Below, one piece after another: positions 59,572 to 64,000 of a DNA stretch of 64,000 nt. The translations under genes and the position numbers were made by a program. Location: assembly GCA_973895155.1 (NCBI GenBank), contig OZ316898.1, forward strand, positions 18,425,292 through 18,489,291, given 5' to 3'. The DNA is from Marsupella aquatica (Eukaryota; Plantae; Marchantiophyta). The notes beneath the pieces are model-generated. The model saw only the letters and a list, made by a program, of their open reading frames with translations, had not been told where the DNA came from and did not search any database. Every line of letters starts with the position of its first letter. The first letter of the stretch is position 1.

Positions 59572-59890
59572 CTCAGGCAGTAACGCTGTCAGCAAACTTG
59601 CATTGCGGTGATGTGCCAAAGTGTCATATCTGTGCCAAACAATTAATTCCCGAGGTTACTCTAGTGAGAGCTATATATTAGAACTTTCAGAATGGTCACT
59701 CTATAGGACTAGAAAATGACTGCTTTAGTTTAGGGAAGGTCTTTTATGTCAAGAGCCCTTTCTTTTATGGCCCTTACAAGTCCTCACATCTTAGAGGTTT
59801 TTGATTTGAGGGCAAAACTCAAGTGCACCAACCCTGGGTAAAGAATATTTTACTCATACAAGTGAATAAGTAAGCAAATGTGATATATAT

Positions 59891-60430
59891 TGTTAACAAA
59901 ATAATATTCACAATGACAAGCCCATGAACATTCCACAAAGACATAGTCAACACACACAGTATGTTGTGGTTCACTGTAGCTAGCTGAGGTTACATACACA
60001 GGAACATGTAAGAGCATTATTGCACTCTAGGTTCATCAGTCATATCAAGTCTCCACAATACAAGTCCTCCCTATTTCTCAATTGGCTATGTAACAATGAG
60101 TCATAATTCCTCGTCACAAGTGCCTATTTCTCAATTGGCTATGTAACAATGAGCCATAATTCTTCGTCACAAGTAACAACTTGCTTGCACATATAGTGGG
60201 CGACATGACTAACCTAACGAAGTCTACCACTAGTTTAGACTAACTATAATAGCAATCATAACTATAGATCTAAAAATAATTGTCTAATAGTGTACCAAGT
60301 AGCAACCTGCTTGCACATATAGTGTGCAACATGACTAACCTAACCAAATCTACCACTAGTTTAGACTAACTATAATAACAATCATAAGTCACTATAGATC
60401 TAAAAATAATTTTTCAAATAGTGTAGCAAC
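59891..60430. mobile_element. Degenerate LTR fragment with internal tandem duplications (same family as 590-925)
   Basis: Starts tgttaaca; shares blocks with 32682-33015; two internal duplicated segments. Confidence 0.55.
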
Positions 60431-63400
60431 CAATCATCCTAAGGAGGTTCCAGGCTATAATTCCCATTGGCAGGTAGCTAGCCCTTTGGTTCAATCCATA
60501 CATCCCCAAGACTTTGCCTGGTTGTGCCCTATTTCCACCAAACACCTTTCACTTGTGTCTCATGACCCCCAAGCTAGGCTGTCCAGGGGTGCCCAAAGTA
60601 GCATGACCCCCGATTCAGGCCAGGGTATTATGGCTGATAACAGTGGAGCAAACCTACAAAGGAAAGCATGCATGAGGAGTTTACTATCTAAAAATGTGGA
60701 GACTTGCACCATCACTGTACAAGAATGTTTTCACAGGTTTAGCAGCAATGCATCAATCAAGCAAATTTGGAGGACACGTCCCTCAATTCAACTGGACATT
60801 GCTCTTTGAGCCCAATTCAGGTGTTCAAATAGCAGGCCTTGAAATTTTGAATAGTAAGCCTCAATTCAACTGGACATTTCTCTTTGAGCCCAATTCAGGT
60901 GTTCCAATAGCTCAGGCCTTGAAATTTTGAATAATAAGGTTTTTATGGAACCTGAGCCCTCTAAAGTAGGGTCTTATAGTTGAGATTGCATATTCGAAAG
61001 AAAAAATTGCATTCAAACACAAGGCCCATTCTCAAACACATGGCCTGAATATTCTATTATGCAGGGGCTTCCATTTAAGGAAAATAAACTATTTGATTGG
61101 CACACCCAGTTTCAAACTCAAAGCCCTTCTGTTGGGGAAGACAGCAAGTTCTCTACTAAGCAGGACTTTACAAGAAGTCGGGGGCACTTGGGAGTTTTTT
61201 CACCAAAAAAAACTGGAGGGCCATTGCACACACTAAATATAGTGTCCCGGGACTAAAAACATTTTTTGAATCCTTTTATTGCCCGCAAGGTCTTGTAAAG
61301 CCAAGTGCAGCCAATGGTGCCAGAGTAATTGACTAAAAGACAGATTGAGGACCCACTCCACCTGAATGTCACGTAATCTTTGGTTAAAGTATTTGTAAAT
61401 GTGAGAAAAGAAGATCTTATGAGGAACTTGTGGGTCCCTTTTTAATGCAAATGACTTAAAATGGAAATGGACCAAGAGGCCAAAAGAAGAGACCACCAAG
61501 AGAGGTGGTCTAAAATCTAGGACAAATTAATCCGTGTACCCCCATGTTACTTTAGAGACAGTTATCTAGAAACTGAAACCTAGATGGACCTCCAAATCTA
61601 AAGAAAAAATTTTCAAAAAATGGACAAGTCAATGTTTGACACTGGAAATAATTGTCAAACTTACCAAGATGACCATAATTAACATCAATCACAAAACAAG
61701 CTGCAATGTGAACTATTGTTTAATGTGTGGGCAGCTTAATTGCCCATTTCAGCAAAACGATGTTCGCCAGTTTCCTCCACGTTATCAAAGGGATGTTGGG
61801 TGTATTCAGATCGATTGCATCAAAAGTAATCACTTTTCAATTTCTACATGCAGATAGACAAAGAGAGAGAAATCATCGGTGTCATCAAATCACTAACCTT
61901 GCATAATTGTTTAAGACAAAAAAATGTATGGAAAAAAATTTCCAATTGTGAAATTCAGAATGGATCGAAAGCTAGAGAAATTTAGAAATTCATGACCACT
62001 TTAGTACTTGATAAAATCTCACAATGTCACACTAATTGGAAAGCTAGAGAACAATGGAAACTTATTATCTACTCAGAATTCAACTAAATCTATCAATGTT
62101 AAGTTCATTAAACAACTAAAGAAATTCTAAAATTCATAATCTCCTTAGTACTCGATAAAATCTATCAATTTTAGGTTCATTCTCATGGAAGGGGTCAACA
62201 TTTCAGGGGTTGTACAACAAAAATTTATATTCACGTTAGAGATTACAAAATCATGGGTAAATTTTATTTTTCAAATTATTTACTCGATTCTTATCGAATG
62301 ATGACAATTTTGAGCTCATCACGACCGTCTCTTCAAGATCTTTCCAACGCCATATTATATGTGAGTTTCCATTATGATTTGACTCAACAATGTCAAATCA
62401 AAAATTATTGTCAGGAAAATTTTATATTTTGAATGAAATCAAAAATGGAAATAAAACCGTTATTGAGAGCAATTTACCTCAATCTTTTTATCTTTTGATT
62501 TGCATGTCAATTTTTTTACATTATTTTTTACAACATGGCGTCCTAGTTTTTACAGCAAAGTTGTCGCAAACACGAATGTAGAAGATAATTTTATCCAAAA
62601 ACAAGTCCTTTCCTGTTTGTGACATGCCATGATGATGTGACGCAATGTGGAGCCAGGAATTTTGGAAAGGACCTCTAATGGGGTCCGTAAAGAGTGCTCC
62701 ACATAAGCAAAAATTGGGCCCCACTGCATTCCATGTAGGATTGGTATCAGGTTCGGTTGAAAGTGCCTCCAACGTTGTGTAAAGTGAACAGCAGCAGTTT
62801 CTCCCAAATGGATGGCTCTGATCAGATCTTGGAGACAAAAAAAGTGGCAAAACTGCCCCCAACTTCTTGTAAAGCCACCCTAAATAGCTTCTTAAATCTT
62901 TGGAAGGACTTTCGCATTCAATGAAGATGACAAGAAATATGTGTACAATCATACAGCTTGAAGATTTATCATAGACTTAAAAACCTAGAATTTATTTCTA
63001 AATATTTGCTCAAAAAGATCATTCTTAAATGGTTGATCTAACCGCCATTTTCTTCAACAAAGCCAATGAATGTATCACAAACAAGCTTGCAGGCATAATC
63101 TCAAACTATTCATTGACTCAAACTGTGCTCATAAGATACACGTGTGAGATCCTTACTATTAGGGTCAAAGGATGTTTACCCTAAATTCTCCTCCAGTCAG
63201 CAATGTCTTAAGTGTTCTCCAGAAGAAGGCCTCATCTAGCACTTATGCACCATGCCATACGAGTATATTAGCAGTTATAGATTCTTGCAAATTTATAAAA
63301 TAATGCACTTACACTTATAATTGCAGACTCAGTTTTGTGCAGTTTGTGACAAGTCTTTGGTGCTCTTCTCAATCATGTGCACAAAAGAGTAGGTAATATC

Positions 63401-64000
63401 AGTTTGGCAGCTGCACATGAGGTGAAATGCCACACAGAGAAGTTAATTTGAGTGCAACGTCAAGCAATTTTATTCGAGCATGTGGAAATCAGGTTAAACA
63501 ACATTGGACTGGTCCAAACCATACATTCAAATTGATTTGAACACACCTAAGCAAAATGCCTGGGTTTTTCATTCAAAGTGCCACTGACCATCTAGGAGGG
63601 GAAATGTCCAAGACTTGCCCCTTTTCCAATCACCTTCATTCCCATTCTGTGCCAGTCTGCTTTGCAATCTCAGAAAACAAGTACTACTAGTACATGACGA
63701 ATGGATCCAGCTTCTGTCATGACTAGTGGCAGCCTAAGTGCGAAGCAAACACAGTAGTTAGTCCAGATTGGACTGATACAACGTTACTATACTCAGTCTT
63801 CTTTCCCACAAAAAGCTCTAGCTACATTCTGCAGCTAGTCATGCTAATCAATCACTGTCTTGGCCTAAACATATAGCCACTTGCCATCCTGGAGAATCTG
63901 CCCATTCACTCAATGTTGAAGTGCATGTTTTAGTCAAGGTTTTAGTCAGCCTGTAAATAAGATGCACCTATCACTAAATGCCAAGTGTATACACTGTGCA

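Overview
Eukaryotic land-plant genomic DNA; its overall style suggests a non-seed plant such as a liverwort, but that is inference. Host genes: a small STMP1/DUF4535-like gene (-), a 20-exon chloroplast ABC1 kinase ABC1K8/OSA1 (-), a 9-exon ORTHRUS/VIM gene (PHD-RING-SRA-RING, -) and an intronless NBR1-derived ORF (+). There are also decayed NLR (NB-ARC, LRR) and DUF295-like fragments, LTR remnants and many short tandem duplications. The stand-out is a very young, intact 14.87-kb Ty3/gypsy retrotransposon (Athila/OTA-like, tRNA-Asp primed) at 33646-48516 on the - strand, flanked by a CACCT target-site duplication. Its two ~4.13-kb LTRs make up about 55% of the element, and each carries an intact, identical 618-aa ORF (coiled coil, NLS-like motifs, no signal peptide or TM segment) plus a GC-rich 47-bp tandem array. 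Gag-pol runs through the PPT and stops inside the 3' LTR, and the PBS sits 20 nt from the LTR end. This looks like an LTR (probably U3)-encoded accessory gene, an architecture known from retroviruses (MMTV sag, HIV nef) but atypical for plant retrotransposons. All assignments are by eye and no database searches were run.
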